The notes: generated by a model not told the origin, from the letters alone. Positions 28,295 through 37,289 are shown, counted from the first letter of the stretch. The stretch: 64,000 bases of DNA from Acidimicrobiia bacterium (GCA_016871255.1 VFZH01000002.1:851-64850), one strand, 5' to 3'. Numbers and translations: made by a program.

Positions 28295-30232
28295 ATGTCT
28301 TGGCTGCCCAGCGAACTGCCACGAGGCGCCAGAATCTACATCGGCCTGACTGTCGCAGGTGGCCTACTCCTAGTCGGGCGCGCCTCCGTTTCGCTTCTTG
28401 TTGCAGCGCCACCGCGCGAGTGGCTCATTTTCGCGGCGCTGGCGCTCCTAAGCGGCGCATTCACCGTTAAGGTCCCGGGCGTTCCCCTTCGACTCTCAGT
28501 CGCCGAAGCGTTTGTATTCGCTACCGTACTCCTGTACGGAATCGAGGCCGCGATCCTCGTGGTCTCTCTTGACGCGATCGCGTCATCCCTCCGGCATCGA
28601 AGAACCGCAAAGTCTCTCTATCGAGCTCCGTTCACCGTCGCTTCTGTGGCGATAGGAATCTGGCTAGCTGGTTTGCTGTACGAAGCTCTACTTGGACAGG
28701 GCCTAACCGCTGCGGATGTAGCGCTAGACGACCTAATGCTTCCGTTGTTCGCGCTCTCAACTGCGTACTTCATCATCAACAGTGGACTAGTTGCTGTCGG
28801 TATGGGGCTCGAAAGACGAGTTTCCGCCCTGGTGCTGTGGCGAAGTAACTTCTTGTGGCTGGGCCTAAATTACCTTGGGGGCGCCTCGTTCGCGGCGCTG
28901 ATCGTCGTCTACAGACAGCAGTTTGACCTCGCGATGATCGCGGTTGTCGTGCCGCTCATCGTCATCACGTACCTCACGTTCCGAACATCGGTCGATCGGC
29001 TGGAAGACGCCAACCGGCACGTCAGTCAGCTGAACGAGCTGTACCTGTCGACCATCGAGACGCTGGCCATGGCCGTGGACGCCAAGGACCAGATCACCCA
29101 CGGCCACATCCGGCGCGTGCAGGTGTACGCCACCGAGCTCGGGCGGCGGATGGGCGTGACCGATCACAGCCAGCTTCGCGCCATCGAGGCCGCCGCCCTG
29201 CTCCACGACATGGGCAAGCTGGCGATCCCCGAAACGATCCTGAACAAGCCCGGGAAGCTGTCCGACGCCGAGTACGACCGGATCAAGGAGCACGCGAGCA
29301 TCGGCGCCGACCTGCTGTCGGTCATCCGCTTTCCCTACCCCGTCGTGCCGATCGTCCGGCACCACCACGAGTTCTGGAACGGCAAGGGCTACCCGAGCGG
29401 CATCTCGGGCACCGACATCCCGCTCGGCGCCCGGATCCTGTCCGTGGTCGACTGCTTCGACGCGCTGACCTCGGACCGCCCGTACCGCCCCCGCCTGAGC
29501 CGTGACGAGGCGTTCGCGATCCTGCGCGAGCGCCGCGGATCGATGTACGACCCTCTGGTGGTCGACCGCTTCGTCGGGGCCTTCGATGACATCCACCCGC
29601 TGGCGGTCGCCGCGGGCGAACAGGCCCGGAGCCTCATTCCCGGCGTGCAGGCTGACCAGTGGGCTGTCGCTGCCGGGGCCCTGCCGCTGCGGCAGATCCG
29701 CGCGAGCGCGGAAGACAGCGCCCTGAGCTTCGAGGTTCGTCGTGCCCTGCTGGGCGCCTCCTCGCCCCAGGAGGCCTTCCTGCACGTGGCGAGGTACATC
29801 CGCCAGCAGACGCCAGCCACGCTCTGCGCTCTCTTCCGCCCTGAACCTGGGAGCGACCTGCTGACGTGCGTGCAGGCGTCAGGAGAAGGAGCGGAGCTGC
29901 TGCTCGGGTTTTCGATACGAACGGGCGAGCGGATCACCGGCTGGGCAGCCGCGCACCGGCAGACGATCTGCAACTCCGACCCCACCCTGGATTTCGGAAA
30001 CATCGTTAAGTCCTTCCGCTGCCAACCCAAGAGTACCCTCGCGGCACCTATACTTGACACCGATTCAACACTAGGCGTAGTAACCGCATACGCACTGACG
30101 CAAGAGGCATTCTCAAACGACCATCGCCATACGATCGATGAGATCGTGGTTCATCTAGGGCGGTCGCTGAGAGAGAGTGAGAAGGAGGAGAAGCGCCTCC
30201 TTGCAGTGGAAAACAAGAAAGACTTGGCCTAG
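28295..30232 (+). CDS. membrane-anchored HD-GYP domain protein (putative c-di-GMP phosphodiesterase) with a C-terminal GAF-like domain
   Basis: 645 aa, with about 6-7 N-terminal TM helices. HD-GYP motifs are HGHIRRV, AALLHDMGKLAIPE, HHHEFWNGKGYPSG and DCFDALTSDRPYR. The C-terminal roughly 190 aa looks GAF-like. Confidence 0.85.
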   Translation: MSWLPSELPRGARIYIGLTVAGGLLLVGRASVSLLVAAPPREWLIFAALALLSGAFTVKVPGVPLRLSVAEAFVFATVLLYGIEAAILVVSLDAIASSLRHRRTAKSLYRAPFTVASVAIGIWLAGLLYEALLGQGLTAADVALDDLMLPLFALSTAYFIINSGLVAVGMGLERRVSALVLWRSNFLWLGLNYLGGASFAALIVVYRQQFDLAMIAVVVPLIVITYLTFRTSVDRLEDANRHVSQLNELYLSTIETLAMAVDAKDQITHGHIRRVQVYATELGRRMGVTDHSQLRAIEAAALLHDMGKLAIPETILNKPGKLSDAEYDRIKEHASIGADLLSVIRFPYPVVPIVRHHHEFWNGKGYPSGISGTDIPLGARILSVVDCFDALTSDRPYRPRLSRDEAFAILRERRGSMYDPLVVDRFVGAFDDIHPLAVAAGEQARSLIPGVQADQWAVAAGALPLRQIRASAEDSALSFEVRRALLGASSPQEAFLHVARYIRQQTPATLCALFRPEPGSDLLTCVQASGEGAELLLGFSIRTGERITGWAAAHRQTICNSDPTLDFGNIVKSFRCQPKSTLAAPILDTDSTLGVVTAYALTQEAFSNDHRHTIDEIVVHLGRSLRESEKEEKRLLAVENKKDLA

Positions 30233-30282
30233 AAGGATCAACCACAGAGACGGCCTCTGGGGTTCCATCCAGGAGTAGTCAG

Positions 30283-33021
30283 ATGGGGCTATCGTACGAC
30301 GCCGCGCTCAACCTGTTCCGCTCTGGCGAGGTCTGCGAACTGCTTCGTCAGAGTGAGTCAAGTCCCCAAGACATCGCGAAAATCCCACGACCGGAACATC
30401 GCCTGCTCCTGGCTCGTTGCCTGTTCTACGTTGGCCGCGTGGAAGATGCTGCTTCTGTTGCGACAGCAACTCACTGCTCCAACCCGGCGACAGAGTCTCG
30501 AGCCGAAGTGACCCTCGGGCTCGTTGCCAAGAGACGCGGTGACTTTGACCTGGCACTGAAGCACCTCCAACACGCGGTCCACTTGGCGCGCTCTTCCCAA
30601 GACATACAGCAAGAAGGCTGGGCTCGCCTCCATCTGTTTAGACTGCTACTCGAAGTCGAGCGGTTCGAGACACTCGCTCCGATGCTTAGAGAGATCAAAC
30701 AGTGCGCTGTCCAAGCGGCAGATCCCCACCTTAACGTCTACCTTCACGACGCAGTCGCCGTCATGGAGGGACAAGTTGGAAGCTTGGAGCAAGCACGACG
30801 GCACGTTGCCATGGGGAGGTCGGTACTCGAGCGGTACCCAAACGCCCTGCTGGGAGAAATGATCGAGGTGACTGCTTCGTGTTTGGCCAGTCTCGAGTTG
30901 GACTTCCAATCAGCCAAAATTCACGAGCGGAAAGCCAGAGTCTTCGGAGCCGTCACGAGCCATGTGTTCTGTTCTTTGGTCCTTGAGGTCAACGAGGCAC
31001 ACCGATATCTCGTTAGTGGCAAGCTCATGAGTGCACGCGAAGCACTCCTCGCGATGCAGCGCTCTCCGGCCGCGTCGGTACGTGCAGCGGCAATTGACGG
31101 TTTGGCACGACTGTACGTTGCGACAGGACACGACGACCTCTGTGCCGCCGTCCTTGAGACAGCCGAACAGGCAATCCGCCACCCGAAGACAGGTGCCATG
31201 TACTCGCTGAGGTGGCTTGGACTCTCCCATGCGAAGCTCACCCTGAGACAGGGAAGACTCGACACCCTCGACGCGCATCTCGACCACGAGCTGCAGCGGG
31301 CGGAGGCGCTGCACGACGCTCCTCTGCTTGCGGCGCTCCGGCTGCTCAGAGCCGAGGGCGCCTCGATGCGGGGGCACGGTGAACAGGTGGGGCGGGAACT
31401 GCTCCTGGCCGCCGACCTGGGCGTCACGACGAACCCGGAGCTGCAGGGGCACTACCACCTCACCTGCAGCCGCGTGCTGGAGCGCACGGGCAGTGCGCTC
31501 GCTCCGCTGTTCCGGGCGCGCGCCGAGCGCGTCTGGCGCGAGCGGCGCAACCTGCTCGCGCTGATCGAAGCCGGAGCCTGGGACGGCCCCCCGATCGAGA
31601 TCGCCGACTACGACCAGGACCCGCGCTTCGCTGGCCCCCCGGCCCGGACCCCGGTGTCCGTGCCCGTCCAGACAGCGCCGGCCGCCGTGCTGAGCGCGGT
31701 CGCCAATGTCTTCGACCTCACCGCCATGCCGTCCGAACTCGGGGCCGAACTGCAGCAGATCATCGCCACCCTCGGCTGCGCGCCGTTCGCCCGCGTCCAG
31801 ACCGGCCGCGCCCCTGCGGCCGCGCCGGACGAGTTCACCGTGCCGCTCGGTGAGGACGGCGGCCGCGCGCTCGCGCTGACATACCGCGCAGCGCCCGATC
31901 CCGGCACCACCGTGCTGGTGAGCGCCCTCGCGCGGATCGCACGTGCCGCCCTGGCCGTGGAGCGCATGCGGCGCGACGAGAACGAACGCGCAGCGGTCTG
32001 GCCGGCCGCGGCGGCAGCCGATGGCGATCCCGTGTACGTGGACGAACAGATGGTCAGCCTGGTCGCGGCCGCCCGCCGGGTGGCGGGCGTCAACGTCTCG
32101 GTGCTCGTCACCGGCGAGACCGGCACGGGAAAGGAAGTCCTCGCGCGCCTGATCCACTCGGCATCGCCGCGATCGCGCGGCACCTTCCTGCCCTTCAACT
32201 GCGCCGCCTGCCCCCGCGACATCATCGACGCGCAGCTGTTCGGCCATCGCCGCGGCGCCTTCACGGGCGCCATGGAGAGCGCGCCCGGCGTGATCCGTGC
32301 CGCGGCTGGCGGGACGCTCTTCCTGGACGAGATCGGCGAGGCGCCGCTCGACATCCAGCCGAAACTCCTCCGCTTCCTCGAGTCGGGCGAAGTGCATCCC
32401 CTCGGCGAAGCCCACCCGGTGAAAGCCGACGTGCGCGTCATCGCGGCCACCAACGTCGACCTCGACGCGCTGGTATCCGCCGGCCGCTTCCGCGAAGACC
32501 TCTTCTACCGCCTCAACATCGTCCGGCTGCACCTGCCGCCCCTCCGGGAGCGGCGCGTCGAGATCGCCACGCTCGCGGAGCGGTACCTGAGCACCTACGC
32601 ACGGGAGTTCCACAAGGGTGACCTGCGCCTCGCGGAGGAGACGATGGAGTACCTCCTCCTGTACCGGTGGCCGGGCAACGTCCGCCAGCTCGCCAACGAG
32701 ATGCGCCGGCTGGCCGCCATGGCCGAATCCGGCGCCGTCCTCATGCCCGAGCACCTGTCACCCGACATCGCGCGCTCGCGCCGCACGGTGCCGCCGTCGG
32801 AGAGGCCGCTGAGCGCCAACGAGGTGGTGGTCAGGACCGATCAGCCGCTGCCCGCCGCTGTCGAACACCTCGAGCGCGCCATGGTCACGCGCGCGCTCCA
32901 GGCCTCCGACGGCCGCGTGGAAGATGCCGCCCGGCGTCTGGGCCTGTCGCGCAAGGGCCTGTATCTGAAACGTGTGCGGTTCGGGCTCGAGATCGGCGAG
33001 CAGGAAGCCCGCTCCGCCTGA
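30283..33021 (+). CDS. sigma-54-dependent transcriptional activator (bEBP) with a roughly 560-aa TPR/MalT-like N-terminal domain and no receiver domain
   Basis: 912 aa. It has Walker A VTGETGTGKE, the GAFTGA loop (HRRGAFTGA), Walker B GTLFLDEIG, RWPGNVRQL and a C-terminal HTH AARRLGLSRKGLYLKRVRFGL. An AGGAG RBS sits at 30271. Confidence 0.88.
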   Translation: MGLSYDAALNLFRSGEVCELLRQSESSPQDIAKIPRPEHRLLLARCLFYVGRVEDAASVATATHCSNPATESRAEVTLGLVAKRRGDFDLALKHLQHAVHLARSSQDIQQEGWARLHLFRLLLEVERFETLAPMLREIKQCAVQAADPHLNVYLHDAVAVMEGQVGSLEQARRHVAMGRSVLERYPNALLGEMIEVTASCLASLELDFQSAKIHERKARVFGAVTSHVFCSLVLEVNEAHRYLVSGKLMSAREALLAMQRSPAASVRAAAIDGLARLYVATGHDDLCAAVLETAEQAIRHPKTGAMYSLRWLGLSHAKLTLRQGRLDTLDAHLDHELQRAEALHDAPLLAALRLLRAEGASMRGHGEQVGRELLLAADLGVTTNPELQGHYHLTCSRVLERTGSALAPLFRARAERVWRERRNLLALIEAGAWDGPPIEIADYDQDPRFAGPPARTPVSVPVQTAPAAVLSAVANVFDLTAMPSELGAELQQIIATLGCAPFARVQTGRAPAAAPDEFTVPLGEDGGRALALTYRAAPDPGTTVLVSALARIARAALAVERMRRDENERAAVWPAAAAADGDPVYVDEQMVSLVAAARRVAGVNVSVLVTGETGTGKEVLARLIHSASPRSRGTFLPFNCAACPRDIIDAQLFGHRRGAFTGAMESAPGVIRAAAGGTLFLDEIGEAPLDIQPKLLRFLESGEVHPLGEAHPVKADVRVIAATNVDLDALVSAGRFREDLFYRLNIVRLHLPPLRERRVEIATLAERYLSTYAREFHKGDLRLAEETMEYLLLYRWPGNVRQLANEMRRLAAMAESGAVLMPEHLSPDIARSRRTVPPSERPLSANEVVVRTDQPLPAAVEHLERAMVTRALQASDGRVEDAARRLGLSRKGLYLKRVRFGLEIGEQEARSA

Positions 33022-33070
33022 CGGCCCGGCAAGCCGTCCCGTCGCCCCCGCTCGCTCCACCCGCCCTGAT

Positions 33071-33544
33071 CTAGTCTGCCTTCCCGCCCTGTCGGCCCCG
33101 CCGCGCACGCCCTTCGAGCAGGCGGCGGACCCGGCGCAGGTCATCCTTCAGGCGGGAGGCGCGCACCCACGGCACCAGCGGGGCCAGCACGTGCCACACA
33201 TCGAAGGTCTGCTCCACCACGAGAAGGGACCGCTGTGCGCTGATTGGCCGCACCTCACGGACCTGGCGCTGCCACCAGGGGTGATGGCCGGGCGTTTCGA
33301 GCACCACCCGTCTCGGCGGCTCCAGGGCCGTCACGGTGAACGGCGTCATCGAGTGGAAGACGCGCAGCGTCGTGCGGCTCTCGCGGCAATGCCGGCCCAC
33401 GGCGAGCGGGCCGGACACCTCCACGGCGTAGACACCCTCGCGCCAGCGCGGGTCGTTCGCGCTGTCGGCCACGAGGGTAAACACCTCGGCAGCCGCGCAC
33501 GCCACGTGCACCGAGTGCCGGATGGTCGGCTGTTCACGCTCCAT
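33071..33544 (-). CDS. SRPBCC (START/polyketide-cyclase-like) family protein
   Basis: 157 aa. IRHSVHVACAAAEVFTLVADSANDPRWREGV is typical of the SRPBCC N-terminus. It is convergent with the bEBP gene. Confidence 0.6.
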   Translation of the reverse strand: MEREQPTIRHSVHVACAAAEVFTLVADSANDPRWREGVYAVEVSGPLAVGRHCRESRTTLRVFHSMTPFTVTALEPPRRVVLETPGHHPWWQRQVREVRPISAQRSLLVVEQTFDVWHVLAPLVPWVRASRLKDDLRRVRRLLEGRARRGRQGGKAD

Positions 33545-33919
33545 TCAGACGGATCCCGTCGTCCGGGACCCCGACGGGCCGCCCGTCCTGGCTGGTCCCC
33601 GCGGTCCCCCGAGCCCCCCAATCGTAGTCGGGAACGAGCACGCTGCAACGGCCCGGCCCGGGGCCGCCTGAACGGGCGGCCCGGCCGCTCCCCCGCAGCC
33701 CCCCACGGCTCGAGGCGCCGCCGGAACGGCCCAGCTTGTCTTCGGTTGACGTCGACGAACGCGGGTGGCAGCCTCTGCGGTTGGCACGCGGCGGCTCCGC
33801 CCCCGTGCCGGACCTGCCGCCGCACGGGCACCCTGTTCGGGCGCGCACGGCATGCCGTCCCGGACTGCCGAGCAGGTGCGCCGACCTCCGGAACATGGGC
33901 TTCTTCGCCCAGGACCAAC

Positions 33920-33971
33920 TCGACTTCCGCGTCGCCAAGGGGGCGGGGTGAGCTGTCGGCTCGCCCCGCCC
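33920..33971 (+). pseudogene. possible relic of a TonB-dependent-receptor 3' end plus its terminator hairpin
   Basis: 33920-33940 (tcgacttccgcgtcgccaagg, reading ..LDFRVAK) matches 37048-37068 of the downstream receptor gene at 20 of 21 nt. The hairpin GGGCGGGGTGAGC-tgtcg-GCTCGCCCCGCCC (33941-33971) begins with the same 13 nt as the terminator at 37290. Confidence 0.3.
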
Positions 33972-34064
33972 GTGCTGCGACCAGTCATGCACCAAGGCTC
34001 CCGTGCTCCTGCGAAGCCACCCCAGGGGCAGCCAGCCTCGACAAACGCCTTTCCAGGCTGGTCT

Positions 34065-34093
34065 TTGACACCGCTGCGCTCGCGATCTAGGCT
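34065..34093 (+). promoter_or_regulatory. candidate sigma-70-type promoter (TTGACA - 17 nt - TAGGCT) upstream of the Oar-like receptor
   Basis: The -35 is perfect, but the -10 matches TATAAT at only 3 of 6 positions. This site competes with the sigma-54-like site 20 nt downstream. Confidence 0.35.
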
Positions 34094-34111
34094 TCCCATC
34101 ACACGCATCGT

Positions 34112-34127
34112 TGGATATATGACTGCA
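34112..34127 (+). promoter_or_regulatory. sigma-54-like -24/-12 element (TGGatatatgacTGCA)
   Basis: GG (34113-14) and GC (34125-26) are separated by exactly 10 nt. The element sits in a striking AT-rich patch 73 nt upstream of ATG 34200 and downstream of a bEBP gene. The -24 lacks the CAC of TGGCAC. Confidence 0.3.
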
Positions 34128-34199
34128 GCTCAGGCGTACCAATCGGTACTCAGGCGTGATGTCGCATTGTCGCATCCGTCAATCGCGAGGAGGGGAACT

Positions 34200-37100
34200 A
34201 TGGCCGCCGCACTGAGGTTGAGGATGAGGATGAAACGAACGTTGTGTCTTGCGCTGCTGGTGACGGCCGGGATGCTGGTGGCGTCAGGAACAGCGCGGGC
34301 CCAGACCGGTGCGATCGCCGGCACGGTCGCCGATGCGACGGGCGCTGTGCTGCCCGGCGTGACCGTCACGGCGACCAGTCCTGTCGAGGGTGCCCCCCGG
34401 ACGGTGGTGACAGGGAGCCAGGGTCTCTACACCATCACGGCTCTCCGCGCTCCCGGGGTCTACGCGGTGGAGTTCACCCTCCCCGGGTTCAGCACCGTGC
34501 GGCGCGAAGGCGTCGAGCTGACGACCGGATTCACCGCGAACATCAACGTTCAGATGGTGGTGGGCGGCGTCGAGGAGACGGTCACCGTCACCGGGGCGAC
34601 TCCGACCGTTGACATCCAGAACGTCGCAGCCCAGAACAGGCTGAGCCGAGGCGTGCTGGACTCGCTTCCGAATGCCCAGAACATCAGTTCCTTTGCGGCG
34701 CTGACCTTGGGCATGTCCATCGTCGGCGCCAGCGGCATCGGGGGACAGGATGTCGGCGGCACCGGTGGCGAGATGGGGATCGCGTCGATCAACAACAATC
34801 GCGGCGAAGACCAGAAGATGACCCAGGATGGGATGAACGTCAACAACGCGATGGGGACCAACGGTGGGATCTTCCGGGCGGGCATGCAGTTCAACATGGA
34901 AGGCGTGGCGGAGGTCACGATCGGTCACACCGGGATGAGCGCCGAGACGGAGACCGCTGGGGTGAACATGAACTACATCCCCAAGGAGGGCGGGAACCGG
35001 CTCTCCGGGTCGGCCCGAGCCACATTCACCAACGAAGACTTCCAGTCGGACAACTTGGGTGACCTGGCTCAACGCAGGGGTACCCTCGGGTCGATGAAGC
35101 AGGTGTATGACTACGGCGCCTCCTTTGGTGGTCGGATCGTCCGCGACAAACTCTGGTTCTTCACGGCGCATCGATGGTGGGGTGACGAGGTCTACTCGCC
35201 GAACTCCTTTTTCAACGCCATTCAGGGGCAGAAGGCGGCCAATGGCGTGCCGCTCTACGCGCCGGACAGAAGCAAGCGCGGCTTCATCCAGAACTACAAC
35301 CAGGAGAACTCGGGCCGCATCACCTGGCAGGCGTCGAGCAAGGACAAGCTCGCCTACTTTGGCAACCGCAACGACAACTGCGTCTGTTTCCGAGGTGTCC
35401 AGGCGATCCTCACTCCAGAGGCGAGCTTCAACAACTTCCTGCCGCAGAATCACCTGTCCCAGATCACCTACACCCGCGCCCACTCGAACAACGTTCTGAT
35501 CGAGGCGGGGGCGTCGATCCTGATCAACCCGTTCGGGTTCGGCCGGGAAAACACGAATGTCGATTTCGACGACGTGGCGATCTTGGCGATTGCGGGAGGC
35601 GCGACAACCGCGGGTGCGCCGCTCCTGATCTACAACGCGAAGGGGAGCGACTTCTTGCCATACAACGACGGCACCGGCCCGGGCGCTGGCCTCAGTGAAG
35701 CCGGCCAGCAGAACGCACGCGGGGCGCTTTCGTATGTCACCGGGTCCCACACCCTGAAGTTCGGGTTCAGCTGGGCGCACGGCCTCGTCGAGGCCAATGG
35801 TGAGAGCAACCACATTCCCGGGTTCGGCCCGGGACAGGTGACGACGATCGGCGGGGTGCCGTTCTCGATCACCGCGTACGCCCAGCCGTTCTACAACCGG
35901 AGCGACTTCCAGAACATCGGTATCTACGCGCAGGACCAGTGGACACTCGACCGCTTCACGTTCAATGCGGGCGTTCGCTTCGACATGTTCGACGGGTGGA
36001 CCCCGGCCGCTGCGGTCATGCCGAGCCGTTTCACACCCGGGTTCTCGTTCAACAAGGTCTCGGACGCACCAACCTACCGGGATGTCTCCCCGCGTCTGGG
36101 CCTGGCCTGGAACGTGAGGGGTGACGGCAAGACGGCGTTCAAGGCCTCGGCTGGCCGGTACGTCGCAGCCCAGGGGACCGGCAACGCACAGGTGTTCAAC
36201 CCCGCGCGAGCCATTTCGACGAGCACCACGCGCACTTGGGCTGACGCCAATTCCGACTTCGTCGTCCAGGGTAATGGAAGCAACCCGCTGGCCAACGGCG
36301 AACTGGGACCAAGCACGAATCCGTCGTTTGGCAGCCCCGTGATCATCCGATCCTTCAGCGACGACTTCGCCACCAAGAATCGCCAATACACCTGGCAGTA
36401 CTCGGTGTCGGTCGACCAGGAGCTGCGGGACAACGTCAGGCTGACCGTCGCCTACAACCGGACCGCGCACTACAATCAGAGCGTCACCGACAACCTGCTG
36501 GTCACCCCGGCCGACTACCAGAACTTCTGCGTCACGCCGACCAGCGGGCCGGCACAAGGTCGGCGGCTCTGCGAGTACTACGACCTGACCCCGGCGGCCA
36601 ACAGTCGGTTCGCGACCGGGTTCCTCCAGACTCGCCTCGAGGACACGTTCGGGGATCGGACCCAGATCTACAACGGGCTTTCCTTCGAGACGCAGGCGCG
36701 GTTCGACAACGGCGCGCTGGTCCAGGGAGGCATCGTCTTTGGCAAGACGGTCGACAACAACTGCTTCACCGTCGACTCTCCCGAGCAGCAGAACTTCCTG
36801 TGCGAGATCGTCTCACCCTGGTGGGACGTGGGTGGCCAGGTCAAGTTCGCCGGTCTCTACCCGCTGCCTTACGGCATCGAAGTCAGTGCCGTCTACCAGA
36901 ACCTCCCGGGGATCGAGATCCGGGCCCAGCAGCGGACGTTCACGACCGACGACGCCGGTCGCACCGGCCGACCGCTGACCCGGGCCACAAGCGTGCTGCT
37001 CGACACCATCCCGCGAAACAGTGCCTTCGAGGATCGGCTCAACCAGATCGACTTCCGCGTCGCGAAGGTGCTCAGGTTCGCTGACACCCGCACGCTGCTT

Positions 37101-37238
37101 ACGTTCGACCTCTACAACGCGTTGAACGCCAACAACGTTCGGGCCCGGGTGGATGAGCTTGGTGGCTCGTACGGCAACATCATCGCGTTCATGGGGGCTC
37201 GTACGGTCAAGGTCGGCGGTCAGTTCAGCTGGAACTAG
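34200..37238 (+). CDS. Oar-like TonB-dependent receptor (N-terminal carboxypeptidase-regulatory-like domain + plug + barrel), paralog 1
   Basis: ATG 34200 follows a GAGGAGGGG RBS, inside track ORF 33765..37238. The signal peptide is followed by AIAGTVADATGAVLPGVTVTATSP..GLYTI..L.PG.Y.V.F.L.GF. It is collinear with 40489..43497 over its full length. Confidence 0.8.
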   Translation: MAAALRLRMRMKRTLCLALLVTAGMLVASGTARAQTGAIAGTVADATGAVLPGVTVTATSPVEGAPRTVVTGSQGLYTITALRAPGVYAVEFTLPGFSTVRREGVELTTGFTANINVQMVVGGVEETVTVTGATPTVDIQNVAAQNRLSRGVLDSLPNAQNISSFAALTLGMSIVGASGIGGQDVGGTGGEMGIASINNNRGEDQKMTQDGMNVNNAMGTNGGIFRAGMQFNMEGVAEVTIGHTGMSAETETAGVNMNYIPKEGGNRLSGSARATFTNEDFQSDNLGDLAQRRGTLGSMKQVYDYGASFGGRIVRDKLWFFTAHRWWGDEVYSPNSFFNAIQGQKAANGVPLYAPDRSKRGFIQNYNQENSGRITWQASSKDKLAYFGNRNDNCVCFRGVQAILTPEASFNNFLPQNHLSQITYTRAHSNNVLIEAGASILINPFGFGRENTNVDFDDVAILAIAGGATTAGAPLLIYNAKGSDFLPYNDGTGPGAGLSEAGQQNARGALSYVTGSHTLKFGFSWAHGLVEANGESNHIPGFGPGQVTTIGGVPFSITAYAQPFYNRSDFQNIGIYAQDQWTLDRFTFNAGVRFDMFDGWTPAAAVMPSRFTPGFSFNKVSDAPTYRDVSPRLGLAWNVRGDGKTAFKASAGRYVAAQGTGNAQVFNPARAISTSTTRTWADANSDFVVQGNGSNPLANGELGPSTNPSFGSPVIIRSFSDDFATKNRQYTWQYSVSVDQELRDNVRLTVAYNRTAHYNQSVTDNLLVTPADYQNFCVTPTSGPAQGRRLCEYYDLTPAANSRFATGFLQTRLEDTFGDRTQIYNGLSFETQARFDNGALVQGGIVFGKTVDNNCFTVDSPEQQNFLCEIVSPWWDVGGQVKFAGLYPLPYGIEVSAVYQNLPGIEIRAQQRTFTTDDAGRTGRPLTRATSVLLDTIPRNSAFEDRLNQIDFRVAKVLRFADTRTLLTFDLYNALNANNVRARVDELGGSYGNIIAFMGARTVKVGGQFSWN

Positions 37239-37239
37239 A

Positions 37240-37267
37240 CCGCCTCCGCCGAGCCCTTCGGCGGGAC
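37240..37267. repeat. short REP-like hairpin (CCGCC..CTTCGGCGGGAC core), partial copy
   Basis: The sequence CCGCCTCCGCCGAGCCCTTCGGCGGGAC lies directly after the receptor stop. It shares the CTTCGGCGG(G)AC core with copies A-C. Confidence 0.35.
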
Positions 37268-37289
37268 GGAACTCGGGCAGAACACGAAC

